Shown piece after piece: positions 1 through 9,655 of a DNA stretch of 64,000 nucleotides. Where the stretch lies: positions 52 through 64,051 of the forward strand of contig DAOUBD010000054.1 of assembly GCA_034432935.1 (NCBI GenBank). The letters are read 5' to 3'. How positions within the stretch are numbered: position 1 is the first letter of the stretch; the number at the start of each line of letters is the position of its first letter. Both the position numbers and the translations under genes were made by a program. Under the pieces are notes generated by a model that was given only the letters and a program-made list of their open reading frames with translations, ran no database searches and was not told the origin of the DNA. This stretch comes from Dehalococcoidia bacterium (GTDB taxonomy: Bacteria > Chloroflexota > Dehalococcoidia > SM23-28-2 > RBG-16-64-32).

Positions 1-1193
1 ATGGACTGTTTGGGGTCGCCCACCACGAAGAAGCGGCCCTGCTCCAGGCGGCCTGTCGTTGGGTCGGTGGCGAAGGCCCGGGCGATCTCCATCTGGAGGG
101 GGTCGGTGTCCTGAAACTCATCGATGAGCATCACATCGTAGCGGTCCCTAAGGTAGTTGACGGCCGAGGGGCTAGCCGCCAGGATATCGCGCGCCATCAC
201 GATGAGGTCGTCGAAGGTCAGCAAGCCTTCACGGGCCCTGCTTTCGGCCTCTTGCTCCACAAACCTGATGATCAGACCGAGCACACCAGCCAGCGCCCGC
301 TGGCGGCACTGCGCCAACACCGAAGAGAGGGTTTCGGCGATGCTAGCAACGGTCTCGCGGGCAGCCTCCTTAGACTCTTGACCGCCCCAGTTTTCCTGGC
401 GGCCGGTGTTCTTCCCCACGCCAGTTAGTTTCCCGGCGGTGGCGAGCACGAACTCGCGCTCCCCTGCCGGTGTCCGCTCCAGGCGCTCGAGGAGAGACCG
501 CACCTCCTGGATGCGCTGTCGCAGCCTGTCGTCTTCAGGCACCCGGTCCAGGCCCAGGCGGTCGATCTCGGCGATAAACCCCGCCAGGTCCGGCCACTGC
601 GGTTCGGGCGGCAGAGCCACCTCGACCTTCAGCCGTGCGGCCGCATCGGGCGTTCCAGCCAGGGCCCAGGCCAGCCTCTCCAAGCCGTCCACCGTCAGGC
701 CAAGGCGAAGGGCTCTATCGATGATCTGCACGGCGTTCTGATCGGCTCCGAGGGAACCGAGAAAGGAGCGCCAGCGCTCCTCGAAGCGGCGCTCCGCAGC
801 GACCTCGTCCAGCACGGTGAAGGATGGGTCCAGCCCAGCCTCTGGAGCAAAGGTATAAAGAAGAGACTGGCAGAACGAGTGGATGGTCGAGATGGCGGCC
901 CTATCAAGCGAGTCCAAGGCCGTCTGGAAGCGGCCGGACTGCCCTGGGTGGTCCCTTAACGCCCTCTCCAGGCCGCTGCGCACCCGGTCGCGCAGCTCAG
1001 CCGCCGCCTTCTCGGTGAAGGTGATGGCGACGATCCGGTCGATGGGCGTACCGGCGCGGACGAGGGCCACGACGCGCTCGACGAGAGCCCTGGTCTTACC
1101 GGTGCCAGCGCCCGCCTCTACCACCATGTTGGCGTCCAGCATGGTCTGGATACGGGTCCAGGCTTCGGCGTCGGGAGAGCCGGCGGCGATCAT
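1..1193 (-). CDS. UvrD/AddA-type superfamily-1 DNA helicase, N-terminal ~397 codons (continues beyond window start)
   Basis: Own translation of the minus strand from ATG 1193..1191 gives MIAAGSPDAEAW..VVEAGAGTGKT (Walker A)..ISTIHSFC..DEFQDTDPLQ (motif II)..VVGDPKQSI (motif III). The start overlaps the stop of the upstream nuclease gene (ATGA at 1190-1193). Not in the ORF track because it runs off the window. Confidence 0.8.
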   Translation of the reverse strand, partial: MIAAGSPDAEAWTRIQTMLDANMVVEAGAGTGKTRALVERVVALVRAGTPIDRIVAITFTEKAAAELRDRVRSGLERALRDHPGQSGRFQTALDSLDRAAISTIHSFCQSLLYTFAPEAGLDPSFTVLDEVAAERRFEERWRSFLGSLGADQNAVQIIDRALRLGLTVDGLERLAWALAGTPDAAARLKVEVALPPEPQWPDLAGFIAEIDRLGLDRVPEDDRLRQRIQEVRSLLERLERTPAGEREFVLATAGKLTGVGKNTGRQENWGGQESKEAARETVASIAETLSSVLAQCRQRALAGVLGLIIRFVEQEAESRAREGLLTFDDLIVMARDILAASPSAVNYLRDRYDVMLIDEFQDTDPLQMEIARAFATDPTTGRLEQGRFFVVGDPKQS

Positions 1194-4147
1194 GAGCTCA
1201 CCTGACCTCGGGCCACCTCGCCCACATACAGCCACGGTTGAAGGCCAGGGTCGCCCCGCTTGGCGGCGAACTCATCCTTGCGCCGGCGCGAGCAGATGCG
1301 GTCGAACTCACAGTACTTGCAGTTGGCGGACTCCTCCGAACCGTTGCCGTTCCCCGGCACGGCCGGGAAGGCGCCAGCCCTGATGCCCCGCATGATAGCG
1401 GCGATGGTCTCTTCGAAGCGCCGATGGATCTCCGGCGTCCAGGCGAAGCCACGCGTCTCGTAGTTCCCCTTTCCAGTGACGAACCAGTAGAAGGCCTCAG
1501 CCTCCGCGCCGGCCGCCGCGGCTGCCAGGTACGCCGGCAGTTGGAGGCGCGTACCATCGGCCAAAGGGTTGGCAGCCCCTATCTTTTCGTACCGTTTCGG
1601 CGTGCCGGTCTTATAGTCGATGATCCATGCCCGCCTGCCGTCCGGCGTGCGGTCGATCCGGTCTACAACGCCGCGCAGGGTAACACCCGCCACCAGGATC
1701 GGGGGCATAGAGTATTCCAGCTCGGCGGGCACAGCGCCAGTCTCCTGGCGAAATCTGGTGTCCTCTTCCAATAATCGTTCAAGATCGGCCCTCAGGCTGC
1801 GCGCTTCGTGCTGGGCGAAGACTTCGAGGCCTGTTAGGCCGCTACTCTTAGCGCTCCGGAGTGCGTCATCGAGAATGTCCAGCAAGGCCATCCTGTCCCT
1901 GTCGGCCCACGCTTCCCCGGGCGCCGGGCGCCCCCGCGCCTTCTGGTCGCTAAAGAACCGGTACAGGACGCGATGGACGAGATGGCCCCGAGCCAGCGGA
2001 TCCATAACGTGCCGCTCTTCTGGCTCCTCAACTACGTTGAGGCGAAGGATCGCAGAGCAGAGGTACCGAAACCCGCACTCGGCATATTTTTCGAGGGATG
2101 TGGGGGACGCGACGGTCTGACCGGGCGACGGCGGCAAGGGGCCCACGTTGCCGTCCCACTCTGTGAAGCCAGCGCCCCGTCTGGCGCGCAGCATCGCGGC
2201 GACCCTTGCCAGGTGCTGGCTGGGAGGCGGCTGGCCAGTTTGGCGGCCCTCGACGGCGTAGCGGATGCCCAGCTCCCCTTGGTCCACGACTGGGCCTTGC
2301 AGCATCGCCGCAAGGGGCGAAGGCGGGCGGCGGAGCCAGGCAGCGCGCGGGTGCTCGCGGAGGTCTCTAGAAGTACGCACCGCTGGGTCCAGGGCGGAGG
2401 CGGCCTGCACCAGATGCGGAGATGGGTAGTACTCCCGGCCAGTGCGACCCTCATATAAGGGGGCAGACCAGACCAGGGTTCCACCGGAGGCCGAAGCTTG
2501 GGCCCGGGACACAGCGGCTCCAGCGCGCTCCATCCGCAACCGGGCGTCTTCTATGAAGGGGGCCCGCCGGCGCAGATCCTCCCACACGCGGTCTTCTACC
2601 AGACCGTCAACCCCGGGGCCTGGCGGAAGAACCCCCTCGTAGGCCCCGCAGAGAACGACGAAGGGGTAGCGCATGCCGGCGGCACGGCGGTAGTCAGCGA
2701 TGACGACGCCTTCCCCCATCTTTTCCGGCCGCTGCACCGCTACCTCGAGGTCCGCCCGTAGCGCCTCGGCGAAGGCGGAAAGGTCGAAGCTACCGCCGAC
2801 AGCGTCTATCGTGCCCAGTTGGTCTATTTCCCGCTGTATGCTTTGAAACGTTGCTTCATCGTAGGCGGGGTCGATGTAGTCCGCGACGACCGCCTTGAAG
2901 GACGCTACGAAGCCGCCCGCGGCCTGCGGCTGGCGGAGGGGCTCCAGCCTGGAGATGAGGGCTCGTACGACCTCGTGCAGTGCCGCTGCCTCGTGAGCCA
3001 GAAATTCGGCGCGAAGTGCTCTGCTCTCTTCTCCCTTTCGGTAGGACTCCTGCTTCTCTTCGCTCATGCCGGCCTGGAAGGCACGTAGAGCCGCCTCCCA
3101 GCGCTCAGCGCCCCCAGTGACGCCAGCGTCCCGTGACACCCGGTCCCACTCGGTGGCCATCACCCCCTGGAAACCGCCGGACGATGGGATGCTCTCGCGC
3201 AGAGCCGGCGAACGGAGAACCTCGATCATGGCGACGCGGGAGTAGTCAGTACCGGGGAGCCGGGCCAGCCCGAGTACCGCGCGTCCCACAGCGCTCTCGA
3301 TGAGGGGGGTACCCGGCAGCGGAACCGTGGGTACTCCCGCGGCATCGAAGGCATCCCGCAGAAGTCTCGGATAGGCCCGGTCCGCTCCGTGGAAGACAGC
3401 GATGTCGTCGATGGCGACGCCAGCCTCCATCGCCGCCAGGACCTCCCGCACCACCTCCCGCGCCTCGCTGGCGGGGTCCGGCGCAAGGACGACGCGACTC
3501 TCCCTCGGTGAAGGCGCCGGGTCATCCATCGTCTCGTATCGTCGTGCGGCCTTCTTCAGGGCGTCGAGGAAGGCCTGCGCGCCCGCCGAGAGGGCATCGG
3601 GCGGCGCCACGTAGACGTGTCCTAGGTCGGCCAAGACCGCTGGCCGGCCTGAGGCCACCTCCTGGGCCGCCGCCTCCAGCAGGTCTTCCTGGTCGTAGAA
3701 GCCCGCCATCGCTTCCCGGTAAAGGCCGTACAGACGTAGCACCTCGTCCATCTTCGCGCCGTACGAACGCGGCACATCGGAGGGGCCGCGAATGCCCCCG
3801 CGGCGGAGGCGCTGAAAGATGCGGCGGAGGGCACGGGCGTGGCCGGGCAGCTCTCTCACTCTGAGTAGCGGGCCTCGGGACTGGGCCGCGACCTGCCGGG
3901 CCAAGAAGTCGCCGATGGGCCTGGCCAAAGGGCGCAACCCCGCTGCGGTTAGGCGACCGCCGGCAACGAGCTCGGCTAGGCGCGGCAGCACCTCAAAGCG
4001 CACGCCCGCGTAGGGGCCAAGCCTGGCCAGCCGTCGCCGCATCTGGAGGGCCGCGTCGTGGGAGGGCGCGATGACGGTTACCGGCGCTAACGGGTCGCGC
4101 TTCCGGTCCAAAGCTATCTGGGCGAGGACGGAATCGACGTCAGGCAT
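1190..4147 (-). CDS. AddB/AdnA-like helicase-nuclease subunit; C-terminal RecB-family PD-(D/E)XK nuclease with Cys cluster; N-terminal ATPase motifs degenerate
   Basis: 985-aa ORF. The C-terminus has IIDYKTG and CKYCEF..C (AddB/Cas4-like nuclease with Fe-S cysteines). N-terminal segment PVTVIAPSHDAALQ resembles the AddB N-terminus but lacks GxGKT. Translationally coupled to the downstream SF1 helicase. Confidence 0.7.
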   Translation of the reverse strand: MPDVDSVLAQIALDRKRDPLAPVTVIAPSHDAALQMRRRLARLGPYAGVRFEVLPRLAELVAGGRLTAAGLRPLARPIGDFLARQVAAQSRGPLLRVRELPGHARALRRIFQRLRRGGIRGPSDVPRSYGAKMDEVLRLYGLYREAMAGFYDQEDLLEAAAQEVASGRPAVLADLGHVYVAPPDALSAGAQAFLDALKKAARRYETMDDPAPSPRESRVVLAPDPASEAREVVREVLAAMEAGVAIDDIAVFHGADRAYPRLLRDAFDAAGVPTVPLPGTPLIESAVGRAVLGLARLPGTDYSRVAMIEVLRSPALRESIPSSGGFQGVMATEWDRVSRDAGVTGGAERWEAALRAFQAGMSEEKQESYRKGEESRALRAEFLAHEAAALHEVVRALISRLEPLRQPQAAGGFVASFKAVVADYIDPAYDEATFQSIQREIDQLGTIDAVGGSFDLSAFAEALRADLEVAVQRPEKMGEGVVIADYRRAAGMRYPFVVLCGAYEGVLPPGPGVDGLVEDRVWEDLRRRAPFIEDARLRMERAGAAVSRAQASASGGTLVWSAPLYEGRTGREYYPSPHLVQAASALDPAVRTSRDLREHPRAAWLRRPPSPLAAMLQGPVVDQGELGIRYAVEGRQTGQPPPSQHLARVAAMLRARRGAGFTEWDGNVGPLPPSPGQTVASPTSLEKYAECGFRYLCSAILRLNVVEEPEERHVMDPLARGHLVHRVLYRFFSDQKARGRPAPGEAWADRDRMALLDILDDALRSAKSSGLTGLEVFAQHEARSLRADLERLLEEDTRFRQETGAVPAELEYSMPPILVAGVTLRGVVDRIDRTPDGRRAWIIDYKTGTPKRYEKIGAANPLADGTRLQLPAYLAAAAAGAEAEAFYWFVTGKGNYETRGFAWTPEIHRRFEETIAAIMRGIRAGAFPAVPGNGNGSEESANCKYCEFDRICSRRRKDEFAAKRGDPGLQPWLYVGEVARGQVSS

Positions 4148-4341
4148 TCCTCAATGGACCGCAGGAGGAAGTTACGGGATGGCCGCCCTTAACGTATGGG
4201 CACCCGCTACGCCTGTCAACGGGGCTATGTCACGACTGGCGTGCGGACATTATGGCAAGAACGTGGCGAGAGACGCATGAGACACTGGCCTCGGAAAACG
4301 CGCCAGCGGCAGGCTGCGCCTTACCGAGGAGGCGATACCGG

Positions 4342-4737
4342 ATGTCCGGCAAGGTCATAGTGTTGGTATCAGATCTTGACGACGCCAAGCACGGCGAGAT
4401 CAGCATAGTGGAGAACGCCCAGAAGGCGGCCCGGCTCGTGGAGACGCTTCTAGAAGCTGGCTTCGAGCAGGAGCGGATTCGCATCTTCGACGGCACTGAG
4501 ATGTCGATGCACGTCACCCACAGGCCGGTGGTTGCCCTCATGGAAGCAGGTCTGGATGAAGAGGACCGGCACAGCCGCGGGGCCGAGCGGGCCCAGACGG
4601 AGGAAGCACCCGCCGAGGCGGAAGGCGAGCCAGAGGAGGTAGCCCCGAAGGCTAAGGCAGAGCTGGTGGAAGAGGTGGCCGCGGTCCCATTCTTCAAGGA
4701 CGGCGTACGGTTCTCAACCCTCTTCCGGCCTGCCTAG
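4342..4737 (+). CDS. hypothetical acidic protein
   Basis: ATG at 4342 preceded by GAGGAGG; protein-like composition with an E/A-rich tail; followed by a stem-loop terminator. A competing antisense ORF (4230..4697) was judged artefactual. Confidence 0.4.
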   Translation: MSGKVIVLVSDLDDAKHGEISIVENAQKAARLVETLLEAGFEQERIRIFDGTEMSMHVTHRPVVALMEAGLDEEDRHSRGAERAQTEEAPAEAEGEPEEVAPKAKAELVEEVAAVPFFKDGVRFSTLFRPA

Positions 4738-4761
4738 AGGGCGAAATACATCGCGCCCGGC

Positions 4762-4795
4762 GCCCCTAGGAGCGAGGACATAATGTCCTCGCTTC
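4762..4795 (+). terminator. stem-loop (GCGAGGACA-TAA-TGTCCTCGC) followed by a T-rich run
   Basis: Perfect 9-bp inverted repeat at 4762-4782, then TTCCTCTTGTATT; a rare AT-rich run in this genome. Confidence 0.4.
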
Positions 4796-4934
4796 CTCTT
4801 GTATTGCAGCGGTTGGCCTAGAACACGGCATCTGGGCTCTAGGCGTCTGGCCCCGCTGCTGAATCTTGCGACTGAGGACAGCATCCCTTCCTGTATTGGC
4901 CCGCTGGTGCTATAGTTAACGGAAACTGGCGCTT

Positions 4935-6242
4935 ATGATGACCGAACGAGGAAAGAGCCCCGCAAACGCCCCTGCGCCAGCGGACCAGCCTCCAGCCGGC
5001 CCGCCCCCGGGCATGACCATCGAGCGGATGATCCGGGACCGCTACGACGGTAAGGGCGAGCGGGATATCTTCGCCAAGGCGGAGGAGTTCACACTGGTGG
5101 AGCAGGCCCGGCAGTTGGGCCTGTATCCGTTTTTCCAGGCCCTGGACAGCAACGACGGGCCGGAAGGCCAGATCTATGGCAAACGCGTCTTGATGTTCGG
5201 TTCCAACAACTACCTAGGGTTGACCCGCCACCCATACGTCATAGAGGCAGCCAAGAACGCCCTTCTCCAATACGGCACCTCCATGACGGGGTCCCGCTTG
5301 CTGAACGGCAGCACCCACCTGCACGAGGAGCTGGAGGCGCGCATCGCCCGGTTCGTGCGGAAAGAAGCCGCCATCGTCTTCACCACGGGTTATCTGGCCA
5401 ACCTGGGCACCATCTCGGCCTTGGTCAACAAGAGAGCGGTGGCCGTGGTGGACAAGGCGGACCATGCCAGCATTTACGACGGATGCCAGTTGGCCGACGG
5501 TGAAATGGTGCGCTTCAAGCACAACGATCCGGCGCATCTGGACGCGGTCTTGCGGCGCATCGGCCAGAAGGCCGCGCTGGTGGTGGTCGACGGGGTATAC
5601 AGCATGGGGGGCGACATCGCGCCGCTGCCCAAGATTGTGGAGACGGCCCGGCGGCACGGCGCCCGCGTAATGGTAGACGACGCTCACGCCATCGGGGTCA
5701 TAGGCGAGGGCGGCCGCGGGACGGCCTCCCACTTCGGCATAGAAGACCAGGTGGACCTGATAATGGGCACCTTCTCCAAGTCCCTCGCCTCCATAGGCGG
5801 CTTCGTCGCCGGGCCGAAGCGAGTCCTGGAGTGGGTCCGGCACTTCGGACGGGCCCTGATGTTCAGCGCTAGCCTGCCGCCAGCCTCCACCGCGGCGGCG
5901 CTCGCGGCGCTGGACGTCCTGGAGCGGGAGCCCGAGATCGTCGACCGGCTGCGGCGGCTTTCGGCCATGTGGCGGGACGGGCTCCGCAGTCTCGGTTTCG
6001 ACATAGGCCAGTCTCAGACGCCCATAGCTCCCGTGGTAGTGGGAGACGAATATACCACCGTGACGTTCTGGAAGATGCTGCTGGAAGAAGGCGTGTACGT
6101 GAACCCCGTCATCTATCCAGCAGTGCCGATGCGGGAGGCGATCCTCCGCACGAGCTGTATGGCCACCCACACGCCGGAGCAGATCGAGCAAGCGCTGGAG
6201 AAGTTCCGCACCGTTGGCCGGAAACAGGGTCTCATCCCCTAG
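4935..6242 (+). CDS. class II aminotransferase of the alpha-oxoamine synthase family, serine palmitoyltransferase-like (alternatively BioF/KBL)
   Basis: FGSNNYLGL..TGY.AN...VDDAHA..GTFSKSL PLP-lysine region; ~60-aa N-terminal extension as in SPT/KBL; 435 aa. Confidence 0.8.
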   Translation: MMTERGKSPANAPAPADQPPAGPPPGMTIERMIRDRYDGKGERDIFAKAEEFTLVEQARQLGLYPFFQALDSNDGPEGQIYGKRVLMFGSNNYLGLTRHPYVIEAAKNALLQYGTSMTGSRLLNGSTHLHEELEARIARFVRKEAAIVFTTGYLANLGTISALVNKRAVAVVDKADHASIYDGCQLADGEMVRFKHNDPAHLDAVLRRIGQKAALVVVDGVYSMGGDIAPLPKIVETARRHGARVMVDDAHAIGVIGEGGRGTASHFGIEDQVDLIMGTFSKSLASIGGFVAGPKRVLEWVRHFGRALMFSASLPPASTAAALAALDVLEREPEIVDRLRRLSAMWRDGLRSLGFDIGQSQTPIAPVVVGDEYTTVTFWKMLLEEGVYVNPVIYPAVPMREAILRTSCMATHTPEQIEQALEKFRTVGRKQGLIP

Positions 6243-6276
6243 CACTGCCGCAGAGAGCGTCATAGAGGTCGCGCCC

Positions 6277-7392
6277 GTGAGCACGAAGGCCGACCTGGAG
6301 GCCTTCATCCGTCTGCCCTGGCGGCTGTACCAGGGCAACCCCAACTGGTGCCCGCCCCTGCTTCTCCTCCAACGGCAGCTATTCTCGCCCAAGCACAACG
6401 CCTTCTACCAGCACGCCGATGTCCAGCTCTTCCTAGCCCGCAGGGGCGGGCAGCCCGCCGGGCGCATCTCGGCGCACATAGACCACGAGCACAACCGCTT
6501 CCACGGAGAGCGCACTGGCTTTTTCGGTTTCTTCGAATCGGAGGATGACCCCGAAGTGGCCGGCGCTCTCCTCTCGGCGGCAGAGGAGTGGCTACAGGCG
6601 AGGGGCATGGATCGGGTCCGGGGACCGATGAACTTCTCAACCAACGGCGAGGTCGGCTTCTTGCTAGAGGGGTTCGATTCACCCCCTGTCATCATGATGC
6701 CCTACACCCCGCCGTACTACCTGCGCCTGGTGGAGGGCTGCGGCTACCGCAAGGCCAAGGACCTCTACGCCTGGTACTGGCGCATGCAGCCGGTGCCGCC
6801 GGGGCCCCCCGCTCGCATGGTAGAAGAGCTGAAGGCCCGGCCCGAAGTGAAGGTGCGGTGGGCCCAGAAGAGCCGGTTCAAGGCTGAAGTGCGGACGATC
6901 CTCGACCTGTACAACGATGCCTGGAGCGAAAATTGGGGGTTCGTGCCGGCAACGGAGGCCGAGGCGGCGCAAATGGCCCGGGAGCTCAAGCTGATCGCCG
7001 ATCCGTACCTCGTGCCCTTCGTGGAGATCAACGGGGTGCCGGCTGGCGTGGCCCTGGCCGTGCCCAACCTCAATGAGGCCATCCACGACCTGGACGGCAA
7101 GCTGCTGCCCTTCGGCTGGCTGAGGCTCCTCTGGCGGCTCAAGGTGAAACGCCTCAGGAGCGGGCGGCTGCTCCTCCTGGGCATCCGCAAGGAGTTCCGC
7201 ACGCGTCGCTACGCCGGTCTCGCCTATCTGTTGTGCGACGCCGTCTACCGCGGCGCCATCGCTCACGGCTACCAGTGGGGCGAATTCTCCTGGACGCTGG
7301 AGGACAACGGGCTGATCAACGCCCTTATCACCAAGATCGGCGCCCACATGTACAAGAAGTACCGGATCTACGAAAAGGCTCTGGCGCCATGA
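6277..7392 (+). CDS. large GNAT-superfamily N-acyltransferase (candidate bacterial ceramide synthase-type enzyme)
   Basis: ~371-aa ORF in frame with TTG 6214; I prefer GTG 6277, just after the upstream stop. Sequence FFGFFESEDD..MNFSTNGEVGFL is GNAT-like; stop overlaps the next gene start (ATGA at 7389). Confidence 0.55.
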   Translation: MSTKADLEAFIRLPWRLYQGNPNWCPPLLLLQRQLFSPKHNAFYQHADVQLFLARRGGQPAGRISAHIDHEHNRFHGERTGFFGFFESEDDPEVAGALLSAAEEWLQARGMDRVRGPMNFSTNGEVGFLLEGFDSPPVIMMPYTPPYYLRLVEGCGYRKAKDLYAWYWRMQPVPPGPPARMVEELKARPEVKVRWAQKSRFKAEVRTILDLYNDAWSENWGFVPATEAEAAQMARELKLIADPYLVPFVEINGVPAGVALAVPNLNEAIHDLDGKLLPFGWLRLLWRLKVKRLRSGRLLLLGIRKEFRTRRYAGLAYLLCDAVYRGAIAHGYQWGEFSWTLEDNGLINALITKIGAHMYKKYRIYEKALAP

Positions 7393-8369
7393 AGGTCTTG
7401 GTCACCGGGGCATCGGGCTTTTTGGGGTCCCACGTCGCCGAAACCCTTGCCGGGTTGGGCCACGAGGTCAGGACCCTCGTGCGGAGCACCAGCAGCCGGG
7501 CGTTCCTCACCTTTCCCCGCGAAGAAGCCGTGGGTGACGTTACGCAGCCGGAGACGCTGGCGGCCGCTGTAGCTGGCGTCGACGTAGTGGTGCACGCGGC
7601 GGGATTGGTCAAGGCGCGTTCGGAAGCGGAATTCGCGTCGGTGAATGCGCGGGGCACAGCCAATCTTATCTCTGCCATCGAGGCTCACGCCCCCGGCCTG
7701 AAACGCTTCATCTACATTTCGAGCCTGGCGGCCCACGGCCCCAGCGAAGACGGCCAGCCGCGCCCGGCCGATGCCCCGCCGAGGCCGGTGACTGCCTACG
7801 GGCGCACCAAGCTGGCAGGCGAGGAGATCACCAGGGCTTCGTCCCTGGCCGCCCGCTCCGTAATCTTCCGCCCCCCGGTTATCTACGGACCGCGGGACCC
7901 CGCCCTTGTCCCCTTCTTCCGTCTGGCCCGCATGCGCCTAGCTCCGCTTCTCATGGGTGGTTCCAACCGCATCTCCATCGTCTACGTCGACGACATAGCC
8001 TCGGCCATCGCCCTGGCGGCTACCGCGGAGGCGCCGGTGGCGGGAAAGACCTACTGCCCCGAAGACGGTCAGCCCCATACGTGGCGAGAGCTGTTAGCAG
8101 CGGTCGAACGGGCCACCGGCCGGCGTACGCTGCGCCTCGGCGCGCCCCGCTGGGCGTTCTCCGCTGCTGCCGTTGCTAGTGAAGCCTTCGGCATGCTCCT
8201 GCGCCGGCCCGTTTCCCTCACCCGCGAGAAGGTGCAGGAGATGGCCGAGCCGCACTGGGTGTGCTCTGCCGAGTCGCTGCGCCGGGACCTGGGGTGGGCG
8301 CCCAAAGTGGACATATGGGAGGGTGCCCAGCGGACCTGCGACTGGTACCGGCAGCACGGTTGGGTCTGA
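7389..8369 (+). CDS. NAD(P)-dependent epimerase/dehydratase-family SDR (candidate ketosphinganine/oxidised-ceramide reductase)
   Basis: MKVLVTGASGFLGSHV Rossmann motif; 326 aa; ATGA coupling to the GNAT gene. Confidence 0.75.
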   Translation: MKVLVTGASGFLGSHVAETLAGLGHEVRTLVRSTSSRAFLTFPREEAVGDVTQPETLAAAVAGVDVVVHAAGLVKARSEAEFASVNARGTANLISAIEAHAPGLKRFIYISSLAAHGPSEDGQPRPADAPPRPVTAYGRTKLAGEEITRASSLAARSVIFRPPVIYGPRDPALVPFFRLARMRLAPLLMGGSNRISIVYVDDIASAIALAATAEAPVAGKTYCPEDGQPHTWRELLAAVERATGRRTLRLGAPRWAFSAAAVASEAFGMLLRRPVSLTREKVQEMAEPHWVCSAESLRRDLGWAPKVDIWEGAQRTCDWYRQHGWV

Positions 8370-8371
8370 GG

Positions 8372-9451
8372 TTACACCCGCCCGTCCTCAACCGCCTCGT
8401 CAGCTGGGATGCCGTTCGAGGGGCCTGGCCGGGGCCGGAGAAAGAGGAAGTCCGAGGGCGTCATGCGCAGGGCGACGGCCGCCAGCGGGCCGGAAGCGAA
8501 GTACGGGAGCGCCAGCATGACGTGGCTGAAGATCGAGAAGGCGGCGGCCTTGCTTTCATCGACCCCAAAAGCCACCAGAAGCCCCGCGATCGCCAGCTCG
8601 AAGACCCCCAGGCCGGCCTGGGTGAGGGGAACAGAAACAGCTATCGTGGCGGTTACCACTACCAGCAGGTAGACGGCGGGCGAAAGGTCAAGCCCCAGGG
8701 CGCGGCCGCAGGCGTAGTACATGAGGGCCTCGCATAGCCACGCTGCATGAGAAGTCCAGGCCACCGTGAACATCGCCCCCGGCCTGCGAAAGGCCTGGAG
8801 CCCTTGTCCAAAGGCACGGATTTCCACGGCTATGCGGGCCCGCCAGCGGCCTTCAGGCTGGCGCTGGGCAACTGCCGGGGCGGCAGCATGCCGCGCTAGC
8901 CAGCGCGCCGCCGCCAGGCCTACGGCCAACACGAGGCCATAAACGAGGGCCAAGGGCCACAGAAAGCGCGCCTCCTGGTGAAGCACCAGGCCCAGGATGA
9001 TGAAGGTGCAAAAGGCCACGATATCGGTAAGTTTTTCCGAGAGGAGCGTCGCGATAATGCTGGAGGCGCTGAGGCCCGTTCTGCGGCGTAGGAACTGCAC
9101 GCGCAAGAACTCCCCGGCCCTTAGGGGGAACGCTAGGTTGGTGGCCACCCCCACCACCGCGGTTAGGAACAGGAAGGTCAGGCTGAGGCGCCGCATAGGA
9201 GCGAAGAACTGCCGCCAGCGGATGGCCCGGAACCAATCTGACGCTAGGTTGGCGGCAAAGGCCAGCGGCAGCCACCACGGGTTGGCAGCCTCCAGCTCCT
9301 CCCTCACGGCCCCGATATCGACCCGCCACAAAAGCCCGCCCAGGAGGAGTGAGGCGAGGGCCAACTGGGCCAGGAAACGGGCGAAGGGGAAGCTCCGGCG
9401 GAGGAGGCCAGGTGCGGCTACCGCCGCGGCTTCGGTGGGATACTCCATCAC
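8372..9451 (-). CDS. integral membrane protein, lysylphosphatidylglycerol-synthase TM-region-like (flippase-like UPF0104)
   Basis: 359 aa, about 8 hydrophobic helices; convergent with the SDR gene (3-bp gap). Confidence 0.55.
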   Translation of the reverse strand: MMEYPTEAAAVAAPGLLRRSFPFARFLAQLALASLLLGGLLWRVDIGAVREELEAANPWWLPLAFAANLASDWFRAIRWRQFFAPMRRLSLTFLFLTAVVGVATNLAFPLRAGEFLRVQFLRRRTGLSASSIIATLLSEKLTDIVAFCTFIILGLVLHQEARFLWPLALVYGLVLAVGLAAARWLARHAAAPAVAQRQPEGRWRARIAVEIRAFGQGLQAFRRPGAMFTVAWTSHAAWLCEALMYYACGRALGLDLSPAVYLLVVVTATIAVSVPLTQAGLGVFELAIAGLLVAFGVDESKAAAFSIFSHVMLALPYFASGPLAAVALRMTPSDFLFLRPRPGPSNGIPADEAVEDGRV

Positions 9452-9655
9452 CAGCGCATTCTACTGCGCCTGGCGGGTGCCGGCACCCTCGTGCCGAAAA
9501 GGCTGCGGAGCAGGTACACCGGCTTCTCGCTCGCCACCCATTCGCCGCCGCCTCCGGTGTCCCGCTCCGCCCGCGCGAGGGGATCGCTGCCCCAACATAG
9601 TTAACACCTCGCCCCGGCACGCATTACATCAGAATCCGGAATTACAACTCACTAA

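Noticed and set aside
6214-6276. Upstream TTG start (6214) for the GNAT gene, overlapping the Spt-like gene by 29 nt
   Set aside because: GTG 6277, immediately after the upstream stop, gives a non-overlapping gene. The choice is not decisive, and the true start could be either.
5214-6398. 394-aa minus-strand ORF overlapping the Spt-like gene
   Set aside because: Antisense to a gene with clear family motifs. It is Arg/Gly/Pro-rich with low-complexity composition typical of GC-rich antisense frames, and has no recognisable domain.
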